The notes: generated by a model not told the origin, from the sequence alone. 64,000 nt of DNA from Eledone cirrhosa (GCA_964016885.1 OZ024741.1:254758001-254822000), one strand, 5' to 3'. Positions 13,930 to 28,452 are shown, counted from the stretch's first letter. Program-made: numbers and translations.

Positions 13930-15250
13930 GTTTCGCTTTACGAGTGTTTCGACTTACGAGTGTTTCGACATACGAGTGTTTCGACTTACGAATGTTTTTG
14001 CTTACGGGTGTTTCGACTAACGAATGTTTTTGCTTACGAGTGTTTCGGTTTACGAGTGTTCCGACTTACGAGTGTTCCGACTTACGAGTGTTCCGACTTA
14101 CGAGTGTTTCCGGCTTACGAGTGTTTCGACTTACGAGTGTTTTGACTTACGGGTGTTTTGACTTACGGGTGTTGTGAATTACGAGTGTTCCGATTTACGA
14201 GTGTTTTGACTTACTAATGTTTTTACTTACGAGTGTTTCGGCGTACGAGTGTTTTGACTTACGAGTGTTTCGACTTACGAGTGTTTTGACTTACGAATGT
14301 TTTGACTTACGGGTGTTTCGGCTTACGAGTGTTTCGACTTACGAGTGTTTCGGCTTGCGAGTGTTTCGACTTACTAATGTTTTTACTTACGAGTGTTTCG
14401 GCGTACGAGTGTTTCGACTTACGAGTGTTTCGACTTACGGGTGTTTTGACTTACGGGTGTTTCGGCTTACGAGTGTTTCGACTTACGAGTGTTTTGACTT
14501 AAGGGTGTTTCGACTTACGAGTGTTTCGACTACGAGTGTTTCGACTTACGAGTGTTTCGGCTTACGAGTGTTTCGACTTACGGGAGTTTCGACTTACGAG
14601 TGTTTTGGCTTACGGTGTTTCGACTTACGAGTGTTTCGGCTTACGAGTGTTTCGGCTTATGAGTGTTTCGACTTACGAGTGTTTCGGCTTATGAGTGTTT
14701 CGACTTACGAGTGTTTCGGCTTACGAGTGTTTCGACTTACGAGTGTTTCGACTTACGAGTGTTCTGATTTACGGATGTTTCGACATACGAGTGTTTCGAC
14801 TTACGAGTGTTTCGACTTACGAGTGTTTTGACTTGCGGGTGTTTTGACATACGAGTGTTTCGATACGAGTGTTTCGACTTACGAGGGTTCTGACTTACGA
14901 TTGTTCTGACTTACGAGCGTTCTGATTACGAGTGTTTCGGCTTACGAGTGTTTCGGCTTACGAGTGTTTCGACTTACGAGTGTTTCGACTTACGAGTGTT
15001 CCGACTTACGGGTGTTTCGACTTACGAGTGTTTTGGCATACGGTGTTTCGACTTACGAGTGTTTCGAGTTAAGAGTGTTTTGACTTACGCGTGTTTTGAC
15101 ATACGAGTGTTCTGACTTACGAGTGTTCTGACTTACGAGTGTTCTGACTTACGAGTGTTTTGACTTACGAGTGTTCTGACTTACGAGTGTTCCGACTTAC
15201 GAGTGTTCCGACTCACGAGTGTTTCGGCTTACGAGTGTTTCGACTTACGA

Positions 15251-15319
15251 AAACAACATATAGACGCGGTTTCAAATCTCTATGCTTTTCAAATTCATTA
15301 CATTAATCTTTATTTATAC
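15251..15319 (+). repeat. 69-bp spacer, haplotype B
   Basis: Starts AAACAACATATAGACGCGG. Confidence 0.95.
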
Positions 15320-16338
15320 GTTTCGCTTTACGAGTGTTTCGACTTACGAGTGTTTCGACATACGAGTGTTTCGACTTACGAATGTTTTTGCTTACGGGTG
15401 TTTCGACTAACGAATGTTTTTGCTTACGAGTGTTTCGGTTTACGAGTGTTCCGACTTACGAGTGTTCCGACTTACGAGTGTTCCGACTTACGAGTGTTTC
15501 CGGCTTACGAGTGTTTCGACTTACGAGTGTTTTGACTTACGGGTGTTTTGACTTACGGGTGTTGTGAATTACGAGTGTTCCGATTTACGAGTGTTTTGAC
15601 TTACTAATGTTTTTACTTACGAGTGTTTCGGCGTACGAGTGTTTTGACTTACGAGTGTTTCGACTTACGAGTGTTTTGACTTACGAATGTTTTGACTTAC
15701 GGGTGTTTCGGCTTACGAGTGTTTCGACTTACGAGTGTTTCGGCTTGCGAGTGTTTCGACTTACTAATGTTTTTACTTACGAGTGTTTCGGCGTACGAGT
15801 GTTTCGACTTACGAGTGTTTCGACTTACGGGTGTTTTGACTTACGGGTGTTTCGGCTTACGAGTGTTTCGACTTACGAGTGTTTTGACTTAAGGGTGTTT
15901 CGACTTACGAGTGTTTCGACTTACGAGTGTTTCGACTTACGAGTGTTTCGGGTTACGAGTGTTTTGACTTCAGGGTTTTCGACTTACGAGTGTTTCGATA
16001 CGAGTGTTTCGACTTACGAGTGTTCTGACTTACGAGTGTTCTGATTCACGGATGTTTTGACACACGAGTGTTTCGAATTACGAGTGTTTTGACTTACGAG
16101 TGTTTTGACTTACGGGTGTTTTGACATACGAGTGTTTCGATACGAATGTTTCGACTTACGAGTGTTCTGACTTACGAGTGTTCTGACTTACGAGTGTTTC
16201 GGCTTACGAGTGTTTCGACTTACGAGTATTTTGACTTACGAGTGTTCTGACTTACGAGTGTTCTGACTTACGAGTGTTCCGACACCACGAGTGTTTCGGC
16301 TCACGAGTGTCTCGGCTTACGAGTGTTTCGACTTACGA

Positions 16339-16407
16339 AAATAACAAATAGACGCGGTTTCAAATCTCTATGCTTTTCAAATTCATTACATTAATCTTTA
16401 TTTATAC
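16339..16407 (+). repeat. 69-bp spacer, haplotype A
   Basis: Same sequence as 926-994. Confidence 0.95.
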
Positions 16408-17369
16408 GTTTCGCTTTACGAGTGTTTCGACATACGAGTGTTTCGACTTACGAATGTTTTTGCTTACGGGTGTTTCGACTTACGAATGTTTTTGCTTACG
16501 AGTGTTTTGGTTTACGATTGTTCCGACTAACGAGTGTTCCGACTTACGAGTGTTCCGACTTACGAGTGTTTCGGCTTACGAGTGTTTCCAGCTTACGAGT
16601 GTTTCGACTTACGAGTGTTTCGACTTACGAGTGTTTCGAATTACGAGTGTTTCGACTTACGAGTGTTTTGACTTACGGGTGTTCTGACTTACGAGTGTTC
16701 TGACTTACAAGTGTTCTTACTTACGAGTGTTCCGACTTACGAGTGTTCCGACTTACGAGTGTTTCGGCTTACGAGTGTTTTGATTTACGAGTGTTTTGAC
16801 TTACGGGTGCTTCGACTTACGCGTGTTTCGACTTTCGAGTGTTTCGACTTACGAGTGTTTCGACTTACGAGTGTTTCGGCTTACGAGTGTTTTGACTTAC
16901 GAATGTTTTGACTTACGATTGTTTCGGCTTACGAGTGTTTCGACTTACGTGTGTTCTGACTACGAGTGTTCTGACTTACGGGTATTCTGACTTACGAGTG
17001 TTCCGACTTACGAGTGTTTCGGCTTATGAGTGTTTCGACTTACGAGTGCTTCGACTTACGAGTGTTTCGGCTTACGGGTGTTTCGACTTACGAATGTTTT
17101 TGCTTACGAGTGTTTCGGCTTACGAGTGTTTCGGCTTATGAGTGTTTCGACTTACGAGTGTTTTGACTTGCGGGTGTTTTGACATACGAGTGTTTCGATA
17201 CGAGTGTTCTGACTTACGAGTGTTTCCGCTTACGAGTGTTTCGGCTTACGAGTGTTCGACTTACTAATGTTTTTACTTACGAGTGTTTCGGTGTACGAGT
17301 GTTTCGACTTAAGGATGTTTCGACTTACGGGTGTTTCGGCTTACGAGTGTTTCGACTTACGAGTGTTTT

Positions 17370-20300
17370 GACTTACGAGTGTTCTGACTTACGAGTGTTC
17401 TGACTTACGAGTGTTCTGACTTATGAGTGTTCCGACTTACGAGTGTTCCGACTTACGAGTGTTTCGGCTTATGAGTGTTTCGACTTACGAGTGTTTCGGC
17501 TTATGGGTGTTTGACATACGAGTGTTTCGATACGAATGCTCTGACTTACGAGTGTTCTGACTTACGAGTGTTCTGACTTACGGGTGTTCTGACTTACGTG
17601 TGTTCCGACTTACGAGTGTTTCGGCTATGGGTGTTTCGACTTACGAGTGTTTCGACTTACGAATGTTTTGGCTTACGAGTGTTTCGGCTTACGAGTGTAT
17701 CGACTTACGAATGTTTTGGCTTACGAGTGTTTCGGCTTACGGGTGTTTTGAATTACGATTGTTTGGGCTTACGAGTGTTTCGACTTACGAGTATTTCGAC
17801 TTACGAGTGTTTTGACTTATGGGTGTTTGACATACGAGTGTTTCGATACGAATGCTCTGACTTACGAGTGTTCTGACTTACGAGTGTTCTGATTTACGAG
17901 TGTTCTGACTTACGGGTGTTCTGACTTACGTGTGTTCCGACTTACGAGTGTTTCGGCTATGGGTGTTTCGACTTACGAGTGTTTCGACTTACGAATGTTT
18001 TGGCTTACGAGTGTTTCGGCTTACGAGTGTATCGACTTACGAATGTTTTGGCTTACGAGTGTTTCGGCTTACGGGTGTTTCGACTTACGAGTGTTTCGAC
18101 TTACGAGTGTTTTGACTTACGGTGTTTCGGCTTACGAGTTATTCGACATACGAGTGTTTCGACTTACGGGTGTTTCGACTTACGGGTGTTTCGACTTACG
18201 AGTGTTTCGACTTATGAGTGTTTCGACTTACGAGTGTTCTGACTTACGAGTGTTCTGACTTACGAGTGTTCCGACTTACGAGTGTTTAGGTTTACGAGTG
18301 TTTCGACACATGAGTGTTTTGACTTACGGGTGTTTCGACTTACGGGTGTTTCGACTTACGAGTGTTTCGGCTTACGAGTGTTTCGACTTACTAATGTTTT
18401 TACTTACGAGTGTTTCGGTGTACGAGTGTTTCGACTTAAGGATGTTTCGATTTACGAGTGTCTCGACTTACGAGTGTTTCGGCTTACGTGAGTTTCGACT
18501 TAAGAGTGTTCTGATTTACGAGTGTTCTGAATTGCGGGTGTTCTGATTTACGAGTGTTCCGACTTACGAGTGTTTCGGCTTATGAGTGTTTCGACTTACG
18601 AGTGTTTCGGCTTACGAGTGTTTCGCCTTATGGGTGTTTCGACTTAGGAGTGTTTTTACTTACGGTGTTTCGGCTTCCGAGTGTTTCGACATACGAGTGT
18701 TTTGACTTACGGGTGTTTCGGCATACGAGTGTTTCGACTTACGAGTGTTTTGACTTACGAGTGTTCTGACTTACGAGTGTTCTGACTTACGAGTGTTCTG
18801 ACTTATGAGTGTTCCGACTTACGAGTGTTCCGACTTACGAGTGTTTCGGCTTATGAGTGTTTCGACTTACGAGTGTTTCGGCTTATGGGTGTTTGACATA
18901 CGAGTGTTTCGATACGAATGCTCTGACTTACGAGTGTTCTGACTTACGAGTGTTCTGACTTACGGGTGTTCTGACTTACGTGTGTTCCGACTTACGAGTG
19001 TTTCGGCTATGGGTGTTTCGACTTACGAGTGTTTCGACTTACGAATGTTTTGGCTTACGAGTGTTTCGGCTTACGAGTGTATCGACTTACGAATGTTTTG
19101 GCTTACGAGTGTTTCGGCTTACGGGTGTTTTGAATTACGATTGTTTGGGCTTACGAGTGTTTCGACTTACGAGTATTTCGACTTACGAGTGTTTTGACTT
19201 ATGGGTGTTTGACATACGAGTGTTTCGATACGAATGCTCTGACTTACGAGTGTTCTGACTTACGAGTGTTCTGACTTACGAGTGTTCTGACTTATGAGTG
19301 TTCCGACTTACGAGTGTTCCGACTTACGAGTGTTTCGGCTTATGAGTGTTTCGACTTACGAGTGTTTCGGCTTATGGGTGTTTGACATACGAGTGTTTCG
19401 ATACGAATGCTCTGACTTACGAGTGTTCTGACTTACGAGTGTTCTGACTTACGGGTGTTCTGACTTACGTGTGTTCCGACTTACGAGTGTTTCGGCTATG
19501 GGTGTTTCGACTTACGAGTGTTTCGACTTACGAATGTTTTGGCTTAAGAGTGTTTCGGCTTACGAGTGTATCGACTTACGAATGTTTTGGCTTACGAGTG
19601 TTTCGGCTTACGGGTGTTTTGAATTACGATTGTTTGGGCTTACGAGTGTTTCGACTTACGAGTATTTCGACTTACGAGTGTTTTGACTTATGGGTGTTTG
19701 ACATACGAGTGTTTCGATACGAATGCTCTGACTTACGAGTGTTCTGACTTACGAGTGTTCTGATTTACGAGTGTTCTGACTTACGGGTGTTCTGACTTAC
19801 GTGTGTTCCGACTTACGAGTGTTTCGGCTATGGGTGTTTCGACTTACGAGTGTTTCGACTTACGAATGTTTTGGCTTACGAGTGTTTCGGCTTACGAGTG
19901 TATCGACTTACGAATGTTTTGGCTTACGAGTGTTTCGGCTTACGGGTGTTTCGACTTACGAGTGTTTCGACTTACGAGTGTTTTGACTTACGGTGTTTCG
20001 GCTTACGAGTTATTCGACATACGAGTGTTTCGACTTACGGGTGTTTCGACTTACGGGTGTTTCGACTTACGAGTGTTTCGACTTATGAGTGTTTCGACTT
20101 ACGAGTGTTCTGACTTACGAGTGTTCTGACTTACGAGTGTTCCGACTTACGAGTGTTTAGGTTTACGAGTGTTTCGACACATGAGTGTTTTGACTTACGG
20201 GTGTTTCGACTTACGGGTGTTTCGACTTACGAGTGTTTCGGCTTACGAGTGTTTCGACTTACTAATGTTTTTACTTACGAGTGTTTCGGTGTACGAGTGT

Positions 20301-21111
20301 TTCGACTTAAGGATGTTTCGATTTACGAGTGTCTCGACTTACGAGTGTTTCGGCTTACGTGAGTTTCGACTTAAGAGTGTTCTGATTTACGAGTGTTCTG
20401 AATTGCGGGTGTTCTGATTTACGAGTGTTCCGACTTACGAGTGTTTCGGCTTATGAGTGTTTCGACTTACGAGTGTTTCGGCTTACGAGTGTTTCGCCTT
20501 ATGGGTGTTTCGACTTAGGAGTGTTTTTACTTACGGTGTTTCGGCTTCCGAGTGTTTCGACATACGAGTGTTTTGACTTACGGGTGTTTCGGCATACGAG
20601 TGTTTCGACTTACGAGTGTTTTGACTTACGAGTGTTCTGACTTACGAGTGTTCTGACTTACGAGTGTTCTGACTTATGAGTGTTCCGACTTACGAGTGTT
20701 CCGACTTACGAGTGTTTCGGCTTATGAGTGTTTCGACTTACGAGTGTTTCGGCTTATGGGTGTTTGACATACGAGTGTTTCGATACGAATGCTCTGACTT
20801 ACGAGTGTTCTGACTTACGAGTGTTCTGACTTACGGGTGTTCTGACTTACGTGTGTTCCGACTTACGAGTGTTTCGGCTATGGGTGTTTCGACTTACGAG
20901 TGTTTCGACTTACGAATGTTTTGGCTTACGAGTGTTTCGGCTTACGAGTGTATCGACTTACGAATGTTTTGGCTTACGAGTGTTTCGGCTTACGGGTGTT
21001 TTGAATTACGATTGTTTGGGCTTACGAGTGTTTCGACTTACGAGTATTTCGACTTACGAGTGTTTTGACTTATGGGTGTTTGACATACGAGTGTTTCGAT
21101 ACGAATGCTCT
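17370..21111 (+). repeat. Higher-order repeat, 2 x 1871 bp, spacer-free (1382 + 489 bp subunits)
   Basis: Identical ORF translations at offset 1871 (17598/19469, 17930/19801, 18282/20153, 18554/20425, 18980/20851). Confidence 0.9.
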
Positions 21112-22379
21112 GACTTACGAGTGTTCTGACTTACGAGTGTTCTGACTTACGAGTGTTCTGACTTACGGGTGTTCTGACTTACGTGTGTTCCGACTTACGA
21201 GTGTTTCGGCTATGGGTGTTTCGACTTACGAGTGTTTCGACTTACGAATGTTTTGGCTTACGAGTGTTTCGGCTTACGAGTGTATCGACTTACGAATGTT
21301 TTGGCTTACGAGTGTTTCGGCTTACGGGTGTTTCGACTTACGAGTGTTTCGACTTACGAGTGTTTTGACTTACGGTGTTTCGGCTTACGAGTTATTCGAC
21401 ATACGAGTGTTTCGACTTACGGGTGTTTCGACTTACGGGTGTTTCGACTTACGAGTGTTTCGACTTATGAGTGTTTCGACTTACGAGTGTTCTGACTTAC
21501 GAGTGTTCTGACTTACGAGTGTTCCGACTTACGAGTGTTTAGGTTTACGAGTGTTTCGACACATGAGTGTTTTGACTTACGGGTGTTTCGACTTACGGGT
21601 GTTTCGACTTACGAGTGTTTCGGCTTACGAGTGTTTCGACTTACTAATGTTTTTACTTACGAGTGTTTCGGTGTACGAGTGTTTCGACTTAAGGATGTTT
21701 CGATTTACGAGTGTCTCGACTTACGAGTGTTTCGGCTTACGTGAGTTTCGACTTAAGAGTGTTCTGATTTACGAGTGTTCTGACTTGCGGGTGTTCTGAT
21801 TTACGAGTGTTCCGACTTACGAGTGTTTCGGCTTATGAGTGTTTCGACTTACGAGTGTTTCGGCTTACGAGTGTTTCGCCTTATGGGTGTTTCGACTTAC
21901 GAGTGTTTTTACTTACGGTGTTTCGGCTTCCGAGTGTTTCGACATACGAGTGTTTTGACTTACGGGTGTTTCGGCTTACGAGTGTTTCGACTTACGAGTG
22001 TTTCGGCTTACGAGTGTTTCGACTTACTAATGTTTTTACTTACGAGTGTTTCGGCGTACGAGAGTTTTGACTTACGAGTGTTCTAACTTACGAGTGTTCC
22101 GACTTACGAGTGTTCCGACTTACGAGTGTTTCGGCTCACGAGTGTATCGGCTTACGAGTGTTTCGACTTACGAGTGTTTCGAATGACGAGTGTTCTGATT
22201 TACGGATGTTTTGACATACGAGTGTTTCGATACGAGTGTTTCGACTTACGAGTGTTCTGACTTACGAGTGTTCTAACTTACGAGTGTTCTGACTTACGAG
22301 TGTTCTGACTTACGATTGTTCCGACTTACGAGTGTTTCGGCTCACGAGTGTATCGGCTTACGAGTGTTTCGACTTACGA

Positions 22380-22448
22380 AAATAACAAATAGACGCGGTT
22401 TCAAATCTCTATGCTTTTCAAATTCATTACATTAATCTTTATTTATAC
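22380..22448 (+). repeat. 69-bp spacer, haplotype A
   Basis: Same sequence as 926-994. Confidence 0.95.
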
Positions 22449-25400
22449 GTTTCGCTTTACGAGTGTTTCGACTTACGAGTGTTTCGACTTACGAGTGTTT
22501 CGGCTTACGAGTGTTTTGACTTACGAGTGTTTTGACTTACATGTGTTTCGACTTACGCGTGTTTCGACTTACGAGTGTTTCGACTTGCGAGTGTTTCGAC
22601 TACGGGTGTTTCGACTTACGAATGTTTTGACTTACGGATGTTTTGACTTACGGGTGTTTCGGCTTACGAGTGTTTCGACTTACGAGTGTTTCGACTTGCG
22701 AGTGTTTTCACTTACGAGTGTTTTGACTTACGGTGTTTCGGCTTACGAGTGTTTCGACTTACGAGTGTTTTGACTTACGGGTGTTTTGACATACGAGTGT
22801 TTCGATACGAGTGTTCTGACTTACGAGTGTTCTGACTTACGAGTGTTCTGACTTACGAGTGTTCTGACTTACGAGTGTTCTGACATACGTGTGTTCTGAC
22901 TTACGAATGTTCCGATTTACGAGTGTTTCGGCTTATGCGTGTTTCGACTTACGAATGTTTTTGCTTACGGGTGTTTCGGCTTACGAGTGTTTCGGCTTAC
23001 GAGTGTTTTGACTTACGAGTGTTCTGACTACGAGTGTTCTGACTTACGAGTGTTTCGGCTTATGAGTGTTTCGACTTACGAGTGTTTCGGCTTATGAGTG
23101 TTTCGACTTACGAGTGTTTCGGCTTACGAGTGTTTCGACTTACGAGTGTTTCGACTTACGAGTGTTTCGACTTACGGGTGTTTCGACTTACGAGTGTTTC
23201 GACTTACGAGTGTTTCGCCTTATGGGTGTTTCGACTTAGGAGTGTTTTTACTTACGGTGTTTCGGCTTCCGAGTGTTTCGACATACGAGTGTTTTGACTT
23301 ACGGGTGTTTCGGCATACGAGTGTTTCGACTTACGAGTGTTTTGACTTACGAGTGTTCTGACTTACGAGTGTTCTGACTTACGAGTGTTCTGACTTATGA
23401 GTGTTCCGACTTACGAGTGTTCCGACTTACGAGTGTTTCGGCTTATGAGTGTTTCGACTTACGAGTGTTTCGGCTTATGGGTGTTTGACATACGAGTGTT
23501 TCGATACGAATGCTCTGACTTACGAGTGTTCTGACTTACGAGTGTTCTGACTTACGGGTGTTCTGACTTACGTGTGTTCCGACTTACGAGTGTTTCGGCT
23601 ATGGGTGTTTCGACTTACGAGTGTTTCGACTTACGAATGTTTTGGCTTACGAGTGTTTCGGCTTACGAGTGTATCGACTTACGAATGTTTTGGCTTACGA
23701 GTGTTTCGGCTTACGGGTGTTTTGAATTACGATTGTTTGGGCTTACGAGTGTTTCGACTTACGAGTATTTCGACTTACGAGTGTTTTGACTTATGGGTGT
23801 TTGACATACGAGTGTTTCGATACGAATGCTCTGACTTACGAGTGTTCTGACTTACGAGTGTTCTGACTTACGAGTGTTCTGACTTATGAGTGTTCCGACT
23901 TACGAGTGTTCCGACTTACGAGTGTTTCGGCTTATGAGTGTTTCGACTTACGAGTGTTTCGGCTTATGGGTGTTTGACATACGAGTGTTTCGATACGAAT
24001 GCTCTGACTTACGAGTGTTCTGACTTACGAGTGTTCTGACTTACGGGTGTTCTGACTTACGTGTGTTCCGACTTACGAGTGTTTCGGCTATGGGTGTTTC
24101 GACTTACGAGTGTTTCGACTTACGAATGTTTTGGCTTAAGAGTGTTTCGGCTTACGAGTGTATCGACTTACGAATGTTTTGGCTTACGAGTGTTTCGGCT
24201 TACGGGTGTTTTGAATTACGATTGTTTGGGCTTACGAGTGTTTCGACTTACGAGTATTTCGACTTACGAGTGTTTTGACTTATGGGTGTTTGACATACGA
24301 GTGTTTCGATACGAATGCTCTGACTTACGAGTGTTCTGACTTACGAGTGTTCTGATTTACGAGTGTTCTGACTTACGGGTGTTCTGACTTACGTGTGTTC
24401 CGACTTACGAGTGTTTCGGCTATGGGTGTTTCGACTTACGAGTGTTTCGACTTACGAATGTTTTGGCTTACGAGTGTTTCGGCTTACGAGTGTATCGACT
24501 TACGAATGTTTTGGCTTACGAGTGTTTCGGCTTACGGGTGTTTCGACTTACGAGTGTTTCGACTTACGAGTGTTTTGACTTACGGTGTTTCGGCTTACGA
24601 GTTATTCGACATACGAGTGTTTCGACTTACGGGTGTTTCGACTTACGGGTGTTTCGACTTACGAGTGTTTCGACTTATGAGTGTTTCGACTTACGAGTGT
24701 TCTGACTTACGAGTGTTCTGACTTACGAGTGTTCCGACTTACGAGTGTTTAGGTTTACGAGTGTTTCGACACATGAGTGTTTTGACTTACGGGTGTTTCG
24801 ACTTACGGGTGTTTCGACTTACGAGTGTTTCGGCTTACGAGTGTTTCGACTTACTAATGTTTTTACTTACGAGTGTTTCGGTGTACGAGTGTTTCGACTT
24901 AAGGATGTTTCGATTTACGAGTGTCTCGACTTACGAGTGTTTCGGCTTACGTGAGTTTCGACTTAAGAGTGTTCTGATTTACGAGTGTTCTGAATTGCGG
25001 GTGTTCTGATTTACGAGTGTTCCGACTTACGAGTGTTTCGGCTTATGAGTGTTTCGACTTACGAGTGTTTCGGCTTACGAGTGTTTCGCCTTATGGGTGT
25101 TTCGACTTAGGAGTGTTTTTACTTACGGTGTTTCGGCTTCCGAGTGTTTCGACATACGAGTGTTTTGACTTACGGGTGTTTCGGCATACGAGTGTTTCGA
25201 CTTACGAGTGTTTTGACTTACGAGTGTTCTGACTTACGAGTGTTCTGACTTACGAGTGTTCTGACTTATGAGTGTTCCGACTTACGAGTGTTCCGACTTA
25301 CGAGTGTTTCGGCTTATGAGTGTTTCGACTTACGAGTGTTTCGGCTTATGGGTGTTTGACATACGAGTGTTTCGATACGAATGCTCTGACTTACGAGTGT

Positions 25401-26971
25401 TCTGACTTACGAGTGTTCTGACTTACGGGTGTTCTGACTTACGTGTGTTCCGACTTACGAGTGTTTCGGCTATGGGTGTTTCGACTTACGAGTGTTTCGA
25501 CTTACGAATGTTTTGGCTTACGAGTGTTTCGGCTTACGAGTGTATCGACTTACGAATGTTTTGGCTTACGAGTGTTTCGGCTTACGGGTGTTTTGAATTA
25601 CGATTGTTTGGGCTTACGAGTGTTTCGACTTACGAGTATTTCGACTTACGAGTGTTTTGACTTATGGGTGTTTGACATACGAGTGTTTCGATACGAATGC
25701 TCTGACTTACGAGTGTTCTGACTTACGAGTGTTCTGACTTACGAGTGTTCTGACTTACGGGTGTTCTGACTTACGTGTGTTCCGACTTACGAGTGTTTCG
25801 GCTATGGGTGTTTCGACTTACGAGTGTTTCGACTTACGAATGTTTTGGCTTACGAGTGTTTCGGCTTACGAGTGTATCGACTTACGAATGTTTTGGCTTA
25901 CGAGTGTTTCGGCTTACGGGTGTTTCGACTTACGAGTGTTTCGACTTACGAGTGTTTTGACTTACGGTGTTTCGGCTTACGAGTTATTCGACATACGAGT
26001 GTTTCGACTTACGGGTGTTTCGACTTACGGGTGTTTCGACTTACGAGTGTTTCGACTTATGAGTGTTTCGACTTACGAGTGTTCTGACTTACGAGTGTTC
26101 TGACTTACGAGTGTTCCGACTTACGAGTGTTTAGGTTTACGAGTGTTTCGACACATGAGTGTTTTGACTTACGGGTGTTTCGACTTACGGGTGTTTCGAC
26201 TTACGAGTGTTTCGGCTTACGAGTGTTTCGACTTACTAATGTTTTTACTTACGAGTGTTTCGGTGTACGAGTGTTTCGACTTAAGGATGTTTCGATTTAC
26301 GAGTGTCTCGACTTACGAGTGTTTCGGCTTACGTGAGTTTCGACTTAAGAGTGTTCTGATTTACGAGTGTTCTGACTTGCGGGTGTTCTGATTTACGAGT
26401 GTTCCGACTTACGAGTGTTTCGGCTTATGAGTGTTTCGACTTACGAGTGTTTCGGCTTACGAGTGTTTCGCCTTATGGGTGTTTCGACTTACGAGTGTTT
26501 TTACTTACGGTGTTTCGGCTTCCGAGTGTTTCGACATACGAGTGTTTTGACTTACGGGTGTTTCGGCTTACGAGTGTTTCGACTTACGAGTGTTTCGGCT
26601 TACGAGTGTTTCGACTTACTAATGTTTTTACTTACGAGTGTTTCGGCGTACGAGAGTTTTGACTTACGAGTGTTCTAACTTACGAGTGTTCCGACTTACG
26701 AGTGTTCCGACTTACGAGTGTTTCGGCTCACGAGTGTATCGGCTTACGAGTGTTTCGACTTACGAGTGTTTCGAATGACGAGTGTTCTGATTTACGGATG
26801 TTTTGACATACGAGTGTTTCGATACGAGTGTTTCGACTTACGAGTGTTCTGACTTACGAGTGTTCTAACTTACGAGTGTTCTGACTTACGAGTGTTCTGA
26901 CTTACGATTGTTCCGACTTACGAGTGTTTCGGCTCACGAGTGTATCGGCTTACGAGTGTTTCGACTTACGA

Positions 26972-27040
26972 AAATAACAAATAGACGCGGTTTCAAATCT
27001 CTATGCTTTTCAAATTCATTACATTAATCTTTATTTATAC
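26972..27040 (+). repeat. 69-bp spacer, haplotype A
   Basis: Same sequence as 926-994. Confidence 0.95.
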
Positions 27041-28452
27041 GTTTCGCTTTACGAGTGTTTCGACTTACGAGTGTTTCGACTTACGAGTGTTTCGGCTTAC
27101 GAGTGTTTTGACTTACGAGTGTTTTGACTTACATGTGTTTCGACTTACGCGTGTTTCGACTTACGAGTGTTTCGACTTGCGAGTGTTTCGACTACGGGTG
27201 TTTCGACTTACGAATGTTTTGACTTACGGATGTTTTGACTTACGGGTGTTTCGGCTTACGAGTGTTTCGACTTACGAGTGTTTCGACTTGCGAGTGTTTT
27301 CACTTACGAGTGTTTTGACTTACGGTGTTTCGGCTTACGAGTGTTTCGACTTACGAGTGTTTTGACTTACGGGTGTTTTGACATACGAGTGTTTCGATAC
27401 GAGTGTTCTGACTTACGAGTGTTCTGACTTACGAGTGTTCTGACTTACGAGTGTTCTGACTTACGAGTGTTCTGACATACGTGTGTTCTGACTTACGAAT
27501 GTTCCGATTTACGAGTGTTTCGGCTTATGCGTGTTTCGACTTACGAATGTTTTTGCTTACGGGTGTTTCGGCTTACGAGTGTTTCGGCTTACGAGTGTTT
27601 TGACTTACGAGTGTTCTGACTACGAGTGTTCTGACTTACGAGTGTTTCGGCTTATGAGTGTTTCGACTTACGAGTGTTTCGGCTTATGAGTGTTTCGACT
27701 TACGAGTGTTTCGGCTTACGAGTGTTTCGACTTACGAGTGTTTCGACTTACGAGTGTTTCGACTTACGGGTGTTTCGACTTACGAGTGTTTCGACTTACG
27801 GGTGTTTCGACTTACGAGTGTTTTGGCTTACGGTGTTTCGACTTACGAGTGTTTCGGCTTACGAGTGTTTCGGCTTATGAGTGTTTCGACTTACGGGTGT
27901 TTCGGCTTATGAGTGTTTCGACTTACGAGTGTTTCGGCTTACGAGTGTTTCGACTTACGAGTGTTTCGACTTACGAGTGTTCTGATTTACGGATGTTTCG
28001 ACATACGAGTGTTTCGACTTACGAGTGTTTCGACTTACGAGTGTTTTGACTTACGGGTGTTTTGACATACGAGTGTTTCGATACGAGTGTTTCGACTTAC
28101 GAGGGTTCTGACTTACGATTGTTCTGACTTACGAGCGTTCTGAATACGAGTGTTTCGGCTTACGAGTGTTTCGGCTTACGAGTGTTTCGACTTACGAGTG
28201 TTTCGACTTACGAGTGTTCCGACTTACGGGTGTTTCGACTTACGAGTGTTTTGGCATACGGTGTTTCGACTTACGAGTGTTTCGAGTTAAGAGTGTTTTG
28301 ACTTACGCGTGTTTTGACATACGAGTGTTCTGACTTACGAGTGTTCTGACTTACGAGTGTTCTGACTTACGAGTGTTTTGACTTACGAGTGTTCCGACTT
28401 ACGAGTGTTCCGACTCACGAGTGTTTCGGCTTACGAGTGTTTCGACTTACGA

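Larger units (their letters stand above)
13113..15892 (+). repeat. Higher-order repeat, 2 x 1390 bp
   Basis: Landmarks recur at offset 1390 (ORFs 13813/15203, 13944/15334, 14217/15607; spacers 13861/15251) with only a few substitutions. Confidence 0.9.
18611..27800 (+). repeat. Higher-order repeat, 2 x 4592 bp
   Basis: Constant offset 4592 (18980/23572, 19469/24061, 20851/25443, 21807/26399, 22411/27003), with shared rare variants GGCTTAAGAG and GAATGACG. Confidence 0.92.
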
